Source: an uncultured Thermoleophilia bacterium (lineage in GTDB: Bacteria > Actinomycetota > Thermoleophilia > Miltoncostaeales > Miltoncostaeaceae). From it: a DNA stretch of 64,000 nucleotides. Where the stretch lies: assembly GCA_938017905.1 (NCBI GenBank), contig CALIKX010000031.1, positions 16,563-80,562 on the forward strand, given 5' to 3'. Position numbers and translations under genes: made by a program. Positions 18,635 to 26,311 of the stretch are shown here, in pieces. Below the pieces are notes generated by a model, which was not told the DNA's origin, made no database searches, and saw nothing but the letters and a program-made list of their open reading frames with translations. The stretch's first letter is position 1. Every line of letters starts with the position of its first letter.

Positions 18635-19555
18635 TCAGGTGCCGACCGGTCCCACGGGCGCGTCGAGGCGGTCCAGCGCCCGCACCACGGCGGCCTCGTC
18701 GTCGAAGATGATCTCCACCACCACCGCGCCGCGGGCAGCAGCGCGCACGCGCACGGGCGCCTCGAAGGCCCCGGCGAACGCATCCATTGCCTCATCGGCG
18801 ATACCCGGGGCGGGTCGGCGGGCGCGTCCTCCCGCGGATGGTGCATCGGATGCCGCACGGGCGAGGGCCTCGGTGGCGCGCACGGACAGCCCCTGCTCCA
18901 CGGCAGCCCGCGCCACCTCGCGCCGGCGACGGGCACCATCGGCCATGAGCACGGCGCGGCCGTGCCCCTCCGAAAGCCTGCCGTCGGCCAGCATCTCCTG
19001 CACGTCATCCGGTAGCTCGAGCAGGCGGATGAGGTTGGACACGGCCGGACGGCTGCGGCCGACGCTGCGCGCCACATCCGCCTGGGTCTGGCCGAAGTCC
19101 TCCACCAGTGCGGCGAGCGCCTGAGCGGTGTCGATGGGGTCCAGGTCCTGGCGCACCAGGTTCTCCACCAGCCCGGCCTCCAGCCGCTCGCGCTCGTCGG
19201 CGTCACGCACCACGGCGGGCAGGGTGTCCAGGCCGGCCTGCTGGGCCGCCCGCCACCGACGCTCGCCGGCGATCAGTTCGTAGGTGCCGTCCCCCACAGG
19301 TCGCACCACCACGGGCTGCAGCAGTCCCGTGGCCGCGATGCTGTCTGCCAAGGCCGTGAGGGCCTCCGGATCGATGCGCCGTCGCGGCTGGGACGGGTTC
19401 GGCCGGATCGCGGTGACCCCGAGCACCCGAAGGGACTCGCCGGATGCCGTGGCGGCGGGGGCGGCGCCCACCCCGGGCGCCGCGGCCACGGGGGCGTCCC
19501 CCAGGAGCGACGACAGGCCCCGGCCCAGTCGCCCGGATGAGCGCTTCTCAGCCAC
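18635..19555 (-). CDS. parB: Chromosome partitioning protein ParB
   Basis: GRGLSSLLG at the N-terminus, I.PNP.QPRR, ELIAGERRWRAA, and an HTH region. Confidence 0.92.
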   Translation of the reverse strand: MAEKRSSGRLGRGLSSLLGDAPVAAAPGVGAAPAATASGESLRVLGVTAIRPNPSQPRRRIDPEALTALADSIAATGLLQPVVVRPVGDGTYELIAGERRWRAAQQAGLDTLPAVVRDADERERLEAGLVENLVRQDLDPIDTAQALAALVEDFGQTQADVARSVGRSRPAVSNLIRLLELPDDVQEMLADGRLSEGHGRAVLMADGARRRREVARAAVEQGLSVRATEALARAASDAPSAGGRARRPAPGIADEAMDAFAGAFEAPVRVRAAARGAVVVEIIFDDEAAVVRALDRLDAPVGPVGT

Positions 19556-20309
19556 GTGCCACGATCTCCTTGGTCACCTCGAAGTATGCGTCCGCCGCCG
19601 CGCAGTGGGGGTCGTAGCGGATCACCGGCTCGCCATGAGAGGGCGACTCGGTCACCCGCACATTCCGTGGAACGACGGTGCCGAAGACGAGTCCGGGAAA
19701 GTGCCGGCGCACCTCCTGCACGACCTCGCCGCTGATCCGCGTACGGGGATCATGCATGGTCATCAGCAGCCCGGCGATCACCAGATCCGGGTTGAGCCGT
19801 GCGCGCACCTCGCCCACCGTCTCCATGAGCCGCGACAGCCCCTCCAGGGCGTAGTACTCGCACTGCACCGGCACGATCAGGCGCGTTGAGGCAACCAACG
19901 CATTGATCGTCACCAGATCCAACGACGGTGGGCAGTCGATGAACACGTATGGGTATGTATTGCTGACTTCCGTCAGTGCCGTCCGCAAAAGCGCGTCCCG
20001 GCCCGGGCGCGACACCAGCTCCACGGCAGCGCCGGCGAGATCCGGGCCCGAGGGCACCAGGTCCAGGCCGGGCACCACCGTGGAGATGACGACGGCAGGC
20101 ACCCGGGCGCCATCCAGCAGCACGTCCGCCGTGGTGGGTGCATCCGGCGACGGCCGATCTCCGCCCAGCACACCGCTGGTGGCATTCGCCTGCGGATCAG
20201 CGTCCACCAGCAGCACGCGATGCCCCGCCTCGGCAAGGCATGCGGCGATGTTCACCGTCGAGGTCGTCTTGCCGACCCCGCCCTTCTGGTTCCCCAGCGC
20301 ATAGATCAT
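19548..20309 (-). CDS. parA: Chromosome partitioning ATPase ParA/Soj
   Basis: MIYALGNQKGGVGKTTSTVN is a deviant Walker A. The ATG at 20309 overlaps the rsmG stop (ATGA). The ORF track's longer start at 20381 is less likely. Confidence 0.9.
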   Translation of the reverse strand: MIYALGNQKGGVGKTTSTVNIAACLAEAGHRVLLVDADPQANATSGVLGGDRPSPDAPTTADVLLDGARVPAVVISTVVPGLDLVPSGPDLAGAAVELVSRPGRDALLRTALTEVSNTYPYVFIDCPPSLDLVTINALVASTRLIVPVQCEYYALEGLSRLMETVGEVRARLNPDLVIAGLLMTMHDPRTRISGEVVQEVRRHFPGLVFGTVVPRNVRVTESPSHGEPVIRYDPHCAAADAYFEVTKEIVARG

Positions 20310-21007
20310 CCCAAGGGCCTCTTCGCAGCCATCCCGGGCCGCCGCGGGTAGCGCACGGGGGTATCGGCGGTCTTCTCCCACATGGAGAAATACCTGCTCA
20401 TGCCGGGAAGCGGAGCAGCGTCGGGGTCACCCGCGAAGGACATCCCGAGCTCTCCGGCCGCGGCGGCGGCCGCCACCTGGTCGTCGGCGTCGCGGCGCCC
20501 CCGCCAGGCCACCAGGCGCCCCCGCCGGGCCAGGAGGGGTGCGGCCAACTCGAGCACCACCGGCAGCGGGCCGAGTGCCCGCGCGGTCACCACGGGATGG
20601 GCATCGCGCTCCGCCCGGGCCAAGGTCTCGCTGCGATCCGCCACGACGCGCACATTAGGGAATCCCGCCGAGGCACGAACGAGCCATGCCGCCTTCCGGC
20701 GCTCGCTCTCCACCAAGGTCACCGGGACATCCGGCAGCACCGCGGCCAGGGCCAGGCCGGGGAATCCGCCGCCACTCCCGATGTCCAGGAGGCCGGGCGC
20801 ATCCCGTATCTCGTCGAGCTGGAGCCCGCTCAAGGAGTCGACGACATGGAGCGAGATGGCCGCATCCATATCCCGGACGGCCGAGAGGTTCTGGGGCTCT
20901 GCGAGCATGTCCCCCAGGATTCCCACGAGCGCATCCGCAGCCGGGGCGGGCACATCCACCCCCATGGCGGTGCACCGATCTCGCAGCAGGCCGGCAGCGT
21001 GTTTCAC
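20306..21007 (-). CDS. rsmG: 16S rRNA (guanine527-N7)-methyltransferase RsmG/GidB
   Basis: LLDIGSGGGFPGL SAM motif, plus its conserved position between jag and parA. Confidence 0.88.
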   Translation of the reverse strand: MKHAAGLLRDRCTAMGVDVPAPAADALVGILGDMLAEPQNLSAVRDMDAAISLHVVDSLSGLQLDEIRDAPGLLDIGSGGGFPGLALAAVLPDVPVTLVESERRKAAWLVRASAGFPNVRVVADRSETLARAERDAHPVVTARALGPLPVVLELAAPLLARRGRLVAWRGRRDADDQVAAAAAAGELGMSFAGDPDAAPLPGMSRYFSMWEKTADTPVRYPRRPGMAAKRPLG

Positions 21008-21015
21008 GTGAAACG
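21000..21015. promoter_or_regulatory. parS site 1 (TGTTTCACGTGAAACG, 15/16 to consensus)
   Basis: Matches the canonical ParB site tGTTNCACGTGAAACa. It overlaps the rsmG GTG start codon. Confidence 0.8.
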
Positions 21016-21048
21016 CCCGAAGCGCGGACCGCGTGGTCCGCCAGCGCC

Positions 21049-21064
21049 CGTTTCACGTGAAACG
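21049..21064. promoter_or_regulatory. parS site 2 (CGTTTCACGTGAAACG), embedded in a 20-bp perfect palindrome at 21047..21066
   Basis: 14/16 match to the parS consensus. The palindrome CCCGTTTCACGTGAAACGGG was read directly. Confidence 0.75.
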
Positions 21065-21074
21065 GGCGCGTCGC

Positions 21075-21545
21075 CTAGGCCCCCGCAGCGGGGACCACGA
21101 CGATGCGTCGTCGTGGCTCCTCGCCCTCGCTGCGGGTCTCGACATCTGCGCGGTCGGCGATGGCCATATGCACCGTCCGGCGGTCCAGAGCGCTCATCGG
21201 CTCCAACTCGATCTCCTCGCCGAACTCCACGGCCTCGTCCGCTGCCTTGTGCGCGAGCCGCGCGAGCAACTCCGCGCGCCGTGCCCGGTACCCACCGGCG
21301 TCCACGAGCACGCCGCGCCTCTGGCCCCCGGGCTGACGCCGCACCGCCTGGGCCGCGAGCAGCTGCACCGCGTCCAGGACCTCGCCATCCCTCCCGATGA
21401 TGGCATCGAGGTCGTCCCCCTCGATCCGGGCGACGAGGCCGCCCTCCTCACCGTCATCGATCTCGACCGTCGCGACCACGCCAAGCCCCTCCAGCGCGGC
21501 CTCCACCACGTCCTTCAGTGGACTGCGTCCCGGATCCTCACTCAC
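21075..21545 (-). CDS. jag: Jag/KhpB-like RNA-binding protein (KH + R3H domains only)
   Basis: IIGR.GE.LDA.Q.L (KH) and MS..RR.VH.A (R3H), plus its conserved position downstream of yidC. Confidence 0.8.
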   Translation of the reverse strand: MSEDPGRSPLKDVVEAALEGLGVVATVEIDDGEEGGLVARIEGDDLDAIIGRDGEVLDAVQLLAAQAVRRQPGGQRRGVLVDAGGYRARRAELLARLAHKAADEAVEFGEEIELEPMSALDRRTVHMAIADRADVETRSEGEEPRRRIVVVPAAGA

Positions 21546-22624
21546 TTGCGCCTCTTCGGTGGCTTACGGCGGGCAGGCCGTGACGGCCCCCCGGATACCT
21601 TCTTGCGGGTTGGCGGCCTGCGCTTCTTCTTGCCCGATGCCGGGTCGCCACTCGGTGCGGGGGGTGGCTTCTCGTCCGCTCCCGCGGCACCATTGGCGGC
21701 ATCGCCGGGTGCTGCGGCATCCTGCGGCTGCGAGGGCGTGGCCTCTGATGCGCCCTGCGCAGAGGCCGTCGCCTCCGCGGCCTGGGCCTTCTTACCCTTC
21801 CTGCGCCGCGGCAGCGGCTTGGTGCGGACCTCCACGTCCTCCGTGGCCACGGGCTCTCCCTCGGGGGCCACGGGAGCCTCCGCGGCACCGTCCACCTCCG
21901 CATCCTGGTCGTCCGTGGACACGTCTTTCGCGGGTGCCGCCCCCAGGAGGGTGCCGCCCTTGGCCTCGATCTCGGCCTCGATGCGGCGCTTCAGCACCAA
22001 CTGCTGGCCGGCGGTCCACAGGTTGGTCGTGGCCCAGTAGATGACCAGACCGGCTGGCACCGGGAACTGGAAGATGAAGAACACGATCCCGATCGGCAGC
22101 AGGCGCATCAGCCAACGCTGGTTCCTGCTCATCGTCGCTGTTGCCGACAGTTCCGTGGAGATCAGCTGGGACACCGCGTACACGAGGATGAGGGGCACCA
22201 CGGCCCACCCGATCTCGGTCAGCAGCTTCGAGACGTCCGGGACCACGTACATGAACGACAGGTCGGTGCCGTCCGCGAAGTCCTGGCTTCGCAGGGTGTA
22301 GTACAGCGCGATGAAGACCGGTGCCTGCAGCAGCAGGGGGAGGCAGGAGCCGAACGGATTGACGTCGTTCTCCTTGTAGAACTTCATCATTTCTTCCTGC
22401 AGCTTCTGCTTGTTCCCCTTGTACTTCCGCTGCATCTCCTTCATCTGCGGCGCGACCTCCTGCATGCGCCGCGCCGACTTGTACTGCTTTACGAAGAGGG
22501 GCAGCAGGATCAGCCGCACCACCAGCGTGAGCATCACGATGGCCCAGCCCCAGGTGAAACCGATCGAGTGGAAGAAATCCAGGACAGCGCGGAGCGGCGC
22601 CTCAAGCAGGTCCAGTGGGTTCAT
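21542..22624 (-). CDS. yidC: Membrane protein insertase YidC (short Gram-positive type) with a long charged C-terminal tail
   Basis: GWAIVMLTLVVRLILLPL, MQ...P.MKE.Q.KYK, PFGSCLP.L.Q.P.F.ALY. The last ~130 aa are Ala/Pro/Lys/Arg-rich. Confidence 0.9.
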   Translation of the reverse strand: MNPLDLLEAPLRAVLDFFHSIGFTWGWAIVMLTLVVRLILLPLFVKQYKSARRMQEVAPQMKEMQRKYKGNKQKLQEEMMKFYKENDVNPFGSCLPLLLQAPVFIALYYTLRSQDFADGTDLSFMYVVPDVSKLLTEIGWAVVPLILVYAVSQLISTELSATATMSRNQRWLMRLLPIGIVFFIFQFPVPAGLVIYWATTNLWTAGQQLVLKRRIEAEIEAKGGTLLGAAPAKDVSTDDQDAEVDGAAEAPVAPEGEPVATEDVEVRTKPLPRRRKGKKAQAAEATASAQGASEATPSQPQDAAAPGDAANGAAGADEKPPPAPSGDPASGKKKRRPPTRKKVSGGPSRPARRKPPKRRK

Positions 22625-22854
22625 CGCGCCCCGAACAGTGTCTGGTCAGCGGGATGGTCCACGCCACCCTTGCTCCAGGGGTTGCACCGCAGCAGGCGCC
22701 ATGTGGCCAGCACGAAACCCCTGCTCACGCCGAACATCTGGATGGACTGCACCGCGTACTCCGAGCACGTCGGGTAGTACCGGCAGCGCCTCGGGAACAG
22801 CGGCGAGACCAGGCGCTGATAGCTCCGCACCATGCGAATGGCCAACGACCTCAC
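22621..22854 (-). CDS. yidD: Membrane protein insertion efficiency factor YidD
   Basis: YQ..VSP......CRYYPTCSEYA..........G..L...RLLRC.PW..GG.D. Confidence 0.9.
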   Translation of the reverse strand: MRSLAIRMVRSYQRLVSPLFPRRCRYYPTCSEYAVQSIQMFGVSRGFVLATWRLLRCNPWSKGGVDHPADQTLFGAR

Positions 22855-23225
22855 GAGCGCGGGCCCGTCGCCTTCTCCGCCAGCTCGCCCAGGCGATCGC
22901 CCAGCGCGCGGGCTCCCCGCTCGTTGATGTATTCGTGCGCACCGGGCCGCGCGATGACCACGTAGTCCACGCCGGGCGCCAGCGATCCGCTGATGCGGGC
23001 GAACTCCTCGCGCAGCACACGCTTCACGCGGTTGCGCTCCACAGCGCCGCCCACGCGCTTCCCCACGGACAGGCCCAGGCGCGGCTGATCGCCCTCTCCG
23101 CGCTCGAATGCGTACACCACGAGGTGACGACCTGCAGCGGACGTGCCGCGGCGGTAGACCGAGTCGAAGTCACCGGATCGGGTGACCCGGCTGCGCCTGC
23201 CTCGGCGGGCGCCGCCGTCGGGCAC
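22851..23225 (-). CDS. rnpA: Ribonuclease P protein component
   Basis: Basic 124-aa protein (GLSVGKRVGGAVERNRVKR.LRE) located between rpmH and yidD. Confidence 0.85.
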   Translation of the reverse strand: MPDGGARRGRRSRVTRSGDFDSVYRRGTSAAGRHLVVYAFERGEGDQPRLGLSVGKRVGGAVERNRVKRVLREEFARISGSLAPGVDYVVIARPGAHEYINERGARALGDRLGELAEKATGPRS

Positions 23226-23237
23226 GGGCGCAGCGGC

Positions 23238-23372
23238 CTACGCCGAGAGCCGGGCGCGGCCCTTCGCGCGCCGGCGCTTGATGATCGCCCGCCCGGCGCG
23301 AGTGGACATGCGCTTGCGGAAGCCGTGGGTCTTGCTGCGCTTCCGCGTATTCGGCTGGTAGGTGCGCTTCAC
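23238..23372 (-). CDS. rpmH: 50S ribosomal protein L34
   Basis: Hand-translated, since it is below the ORF-track size cutoff: [47 protein letters not shown] start, 44 aa. Confidence 0.93.
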   Translation of the reverse strand: MKRTYQPNTRKRSKTHGFRKRMSTRAGRAIIKRRRAKGRARLSA

Positions 23373-23534
23373 TCGCCTGCTGCTCCTTGGGGTCCGGCTA
23401 CGGGGTGGCGCCACGGGAACCCGGGCGCACGACGCGAGAACACTACCAAAGCGGCCGAGGCCGGCCGACCAGTCCGCGGGAACCTCTCCCGGGTGGCGGG
23501 TGCACCACAGACCTGGCTGCAGTGGCGCCCCGAT

Positions 23535-23671
23535 CTGTCCACAACTGTGGAACTTTCTGTGGATAACCAGCGTATTTCCTGCTCATTGTCATCTTACAGT
23601 GTCGGTCCGCGGCAGCTGCAGGGGCCCTCTGGAGACGTTTTTCCCGCTCACACGGCATGCACCTGTCCACA
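23535..23671. promoter_or_regulatory. DnaA-box cluster 1 (candidate oriC part / dnaA-operon promoter)
   Basis: CTGTCCACA 23535..23543. TGTGGAACT (rc AGTTCCACA) 23546..23554. TGTGGATAA (rc TTATCCACA, perfect consensus) 23558..23566. CTGTCCACA 23663..23671. A locally AT-richer stretch at 23567..23600 follows the first three boxes. Confidence 0.7.
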
Positions 23672-23725
23672 GGCCACCGCAGCGCCGAATCCGGGAATGT
23701 CGCCTTGGTAGCGTGGCGCTTCCAG

Positions 23726-24445
23726 ATGCCCGCCGACACCCCCGATACCGCTTCGGTCGAACTGCCCGGTCACACCTACGTGGTGCGCATCGCACTGCAT
23801 AGGGCGGCCCTGGAGCCACCGGTCATCACCGAGGTGCGCGACATCGCGCCGGCGGCCATCATCGAGTCGGTGTTCTCCCGCACTGCGCAGATGTCGTCCG
23901 TGCCACCGCTCGCACTGCGTGAAGTCGTCGAGAACCTCGTACACGCCGACTTCCGGGACGCCCTGGTGACCGTGCTGGATGCCGGCCGCACGGTGCGCGT
24001 GTCCGACCGCGGTCCGGGCATCGCTGACGCGCGCCGCGCCATGGAGCCCGGCTACACCACGGCGGACGAGGCGGTCCGGGCGGTGGTGCGTGGAGCCGGG
24101 TCGGGCCTCGCGCTGGCCGCCGGCCTGGTCGCCGCGGAGGGCGGCCTGCTCGAGGTGGAGGACAACCTGGGCGGCGGCACGGTCGTGACCATCACGGTCG
24201 ACGCCGCGCCTGCGCCGGACGACCCCTCAACCGGCCCGAGCGATGCCCAGCGCCGCCTGCTCGCCCTGCTCCTCGAGATGTCGCCCGCGCACCCCGAGAC
24301 CATGGCGCGAGAACTTGACCTCCCCCTCGGCGTCGTCGGCCGCGAGCTCGTGCTCATGGAGCACCGGGGGCTGGTTGCCCGCTTCGCCGACGGGGGCCGG
24401 GTGCTCACCGAGCGCGGGGCCGCGATCGTGGCGACCCTCTTCTAG
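23726..24445 (+). CDS. GHKL (HATPase_c-like) ATP-binding domain fused to a C-terminal winged-helix (MarR/ArsR-like) domain
   Basis: N-box EVVENLVHA, G1 DRGPGI, G2 GAGSGLALA. C-terminus RRLLALLLEMSPAHPETMARELDLPLGVVGRELVLMEHRGLVARF. Third-codon-position GC is high throughout. The stop is 3 nt before the dnaA ATG. The start is uncertain: ATG 23726, or the ORF-track start at 23657. Confidence 0.65.
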   Translation: MPADTPDTASVELPGHTYVVRIALHRAALEPPVITEVRDIAPAAIIESVFSRTAQMSSVPPLALREVVENLVHADFRDALVTVLDAGRTVRVSDRGPGIADARRAMEPGYTTADEAVRAVVRGAGSGLALAAGLVAAEGGLLEVEDNLGGGTVVTITVDAAPAPDDPSTGPSDAQRRLLALLLEMSPAHPETMARELDLPLGVVGRELVLMEHRGLVARFADGGRVLTERGAAIVATLF

Positions 24446-24448
24446 CCC

Positions 24449-25864
24449 ATGGGCGCATCGGTTCCCCTGATCCAGGACGAGGCCCGCCTCCAGGAGGTCT
24501 GGGCACAGGTCCTGGAGCGCCTTCGCGGTGCCCTGAACGCCGCGACCTACAGCCTCACGTTCGAGAGGGCGCAGGCACTGGGCTTCAACGATGGGCGCTT
24601 CAGCATCGGCGTGGAGACGGAGTTCGCACGCGGATGGGTCGTCCAGCGCTACGACTCACTGGTCCGGGATGCACTGTTCGAGGTGCTCGGCCAGGACGTG
24701 GCGGTCGCCGTGGAGGTCGTTCCGCCGAAGCAGGATGATGCGGGCACGGTACCTGCGGCCGCGCCCCCGGCCTCCGCTGCTGCCCAGGCGCCACCGGATG
24801 CCGGGGCGCCAGGACCTCCGGCTGCTGACCCCGCGTCTCGGCTGCAGGGCCGGTTCACGTTCGACGCGTTCGTCATCGGCCCGAGCAACAGGTTCGCCCA
24901 CGCGGCAGCCCTCGCGGTGGCCGAGACCCCCGCCCGCGCCTACAACCCGCTGTTCATCTACGGCGGCGTAGGGCTGGGGAAGACGCACCTGCTCCACGCC
25001 ATCGGGCACTTCACGGCAGAGAACCATCCGGGCCTGTCGGTGCGCTATGTGTCGGTCGAGACCTTCACCAACGAGTTCATCAACTCACTCCGCGACGGGG
25101 CGATGCGGTCCTTTAAGGACCGCTACCGCGGGACGGACATCCTGCTCATCGACGACATCCAGATGCTGGAAGGGCGCGAGCAGACGCAGGAGGAGTTCTT
25201 CCACACGTTCAACGCCCTGCATGAGAGCGGCAAGCAGATCGTGATCTCCAGCGACCGCCCGCCGAGCGCCATCAAGACCCTGGAGGACCGCCTGCGATCG
25301 CGGTTCGAGATGGGCCTGATCACCGACGTCCAGCCGCCCGATCTCGAGCTCCGCATCGCGATCCTGCGAAAGCGCGTGAAGACCGACGGCTACCAGATCC
25401 GCGACCCGGAGGTTCTCTCCTTCATCGCGGCGCGGGTCTCGACCAACGTCCGTCAGCTGGAGGGTGCCCTCATCCGGGTCGTCGCGCACTCCTCCATCTC
25501 CGGACGCCCGGTCACGGTGGACCTGGCCCAGGAGGTGCTGACCGACCTCTTCCCGGCTGCCGACGGCGAGGTGCGGATGGACCTGATCCAGGAGGCCGTC
25601 GCGCGTCACTATGCGATCTCCATCGATGAGCTCGTCGGCGAGAAGCGCACAAAACGCATTGTGGTGCCCCGTCAGGTGGCCATGTACCTCTGCCGCGAGC
25701 TCACCGACGCCTCGCTGCCGGCGATCGGCCGGGCCTTCGGGGGACGCGATCATACGACCGTCCTGTACGCGGTCCAGAAGATCTCGGGGCTGCTCACCGA
25801 CGGCGGGGATGTGTACGAGTCCGTCCAGTCCCTGACGCAGTCACTGTCGGGCTCATCCCGCTAG
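24449..25864 (+). CDS. dnaA: Chromosomal replication initiator protein DnaA
   Basis: FTFD.FV.G.SN.FA.AAA..VAE.P...YNPLFIYGGVGLGKTHLL, Walker B LLIDDIQ, and the C-terminal DNA-binding motif GGRDHTTVLYA. Confidence 0.97.
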   Translation: MGASVPLIQDEARLQEVWAQVLERLRGALNAATYSLTFERAQALGFNDGRFSIGVETEFARGWVVQRYDSLVRDALFEVLGQDVAVAVEVVPPKQDDAGTVPAAAPPASAAAQAPPDAGAPGPPAADPASRLQGRFTFDAFVIGPSNRFAHAAALAVAETPARAYNPLFIYGGVGLGKTHLLHAIGHFTAENHPGLSVRYVSVETFTNEFINSLRDGAMRSFKDRYRGTDILLIDDIQMLEGREQTQEEFFHTFNALHESGKQIVISSDRPPSAIKTLEDRLRSRFEMGLITDVQPPDLELRIAILRKRVKTDGYQIRDPEVLSFIAARVSTNVRQLEGALIRVVAHSSISGRPVTVDLAQEVLTDLFPAADGEVRMDLIQEAVARHYAISIDELVGEKRTKRIVVPRQVAMYLCRELTDASLPAIGRAFGGRDHTTVLYAVQKISGLLTDGGDVYESVQSLTQSLSGSSR

Positions 25865-25879
25865 CAACCGCGGTACCCG

Positions 25880-25920
25880 GGCACCGAACCCCTGACATCG
25901 GGTGTCAGGGGTTCGGTGCC
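25880..25920 (+). terminator. Strong hairpin (18-bp perfect stem, 5-nt loop) just after the dnaA stop. No T-tract follows.
   Basis: GGCACCGAACCCCTGACA (25880..25897) pairs with TGTCAGGGGTTCGGTGCC (25903..25920). Confidence 0.5.
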
Positions 25921-26003
25921 GGGCGCGGGAGGTGCCCTGCGCTTTTCCCCGCATAGCGCGGCTTTCTCCTGCGTCGGCGACTGTGGGTCGGCAGATGAAT
26001 TCC

Positions 26004-26211
26004 TGGGGATAACCTGTGGGTGGCCCCTGGCACCCCTGCGCCGTCCTCCACACTCCTCCACATCTCAGGTGGCATGCGGTATGCCGGGTGTGGACAGGTG
26101 TGGGTGATACGAGCACACGCGGGGGGTTCCCCACAGGCTATCCACACCCCCTGAAACGCTCTGTCAGCAGCGCCTTCATCGGTCGATCCCCGGCCTCCAC
26201 AGGCCCTATGG
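26004..26211. promoter_or_regulatory. DnaA-box cluster 2 in the dnaA-dnaN spacer (candidate oriC)
   Basis: TGGGGATAA 26004..26012. Tandem TCCTCCACA at 26044..26052 and 26054..26062. TGTGGACAG (rc CTGTCCACA) 26089..26097. TTCCCCACA 26127..26135. CTATCCACA 26138..26146. GCCTCCACA 26203..26211. An AT-richer patch (ttctcatattgaggtgaagaggtatgac) lies at 26230..26257. Confidence 0.65.
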
Positions 26212-26311
26212 CTTCTCCGACCACCTCCTCTTCTCATATTGAGGTGAAGAGGTATGACAGTGCGCGTCCGGGGTGGGGCATGTGGCGAGTCCCGGCCGGT
26301 ACGCTGCCGCC

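Noticed and set aside
19548-20381. The longer ParA start at 20381, which adds 24 N-terminal residues.
   Set aside because: The extension overlaps the end of rsmG. ATG 20309 gives the canonical ParA N-terminus (MIYALGNQKGGVGKTT) with an ATGA overlap.
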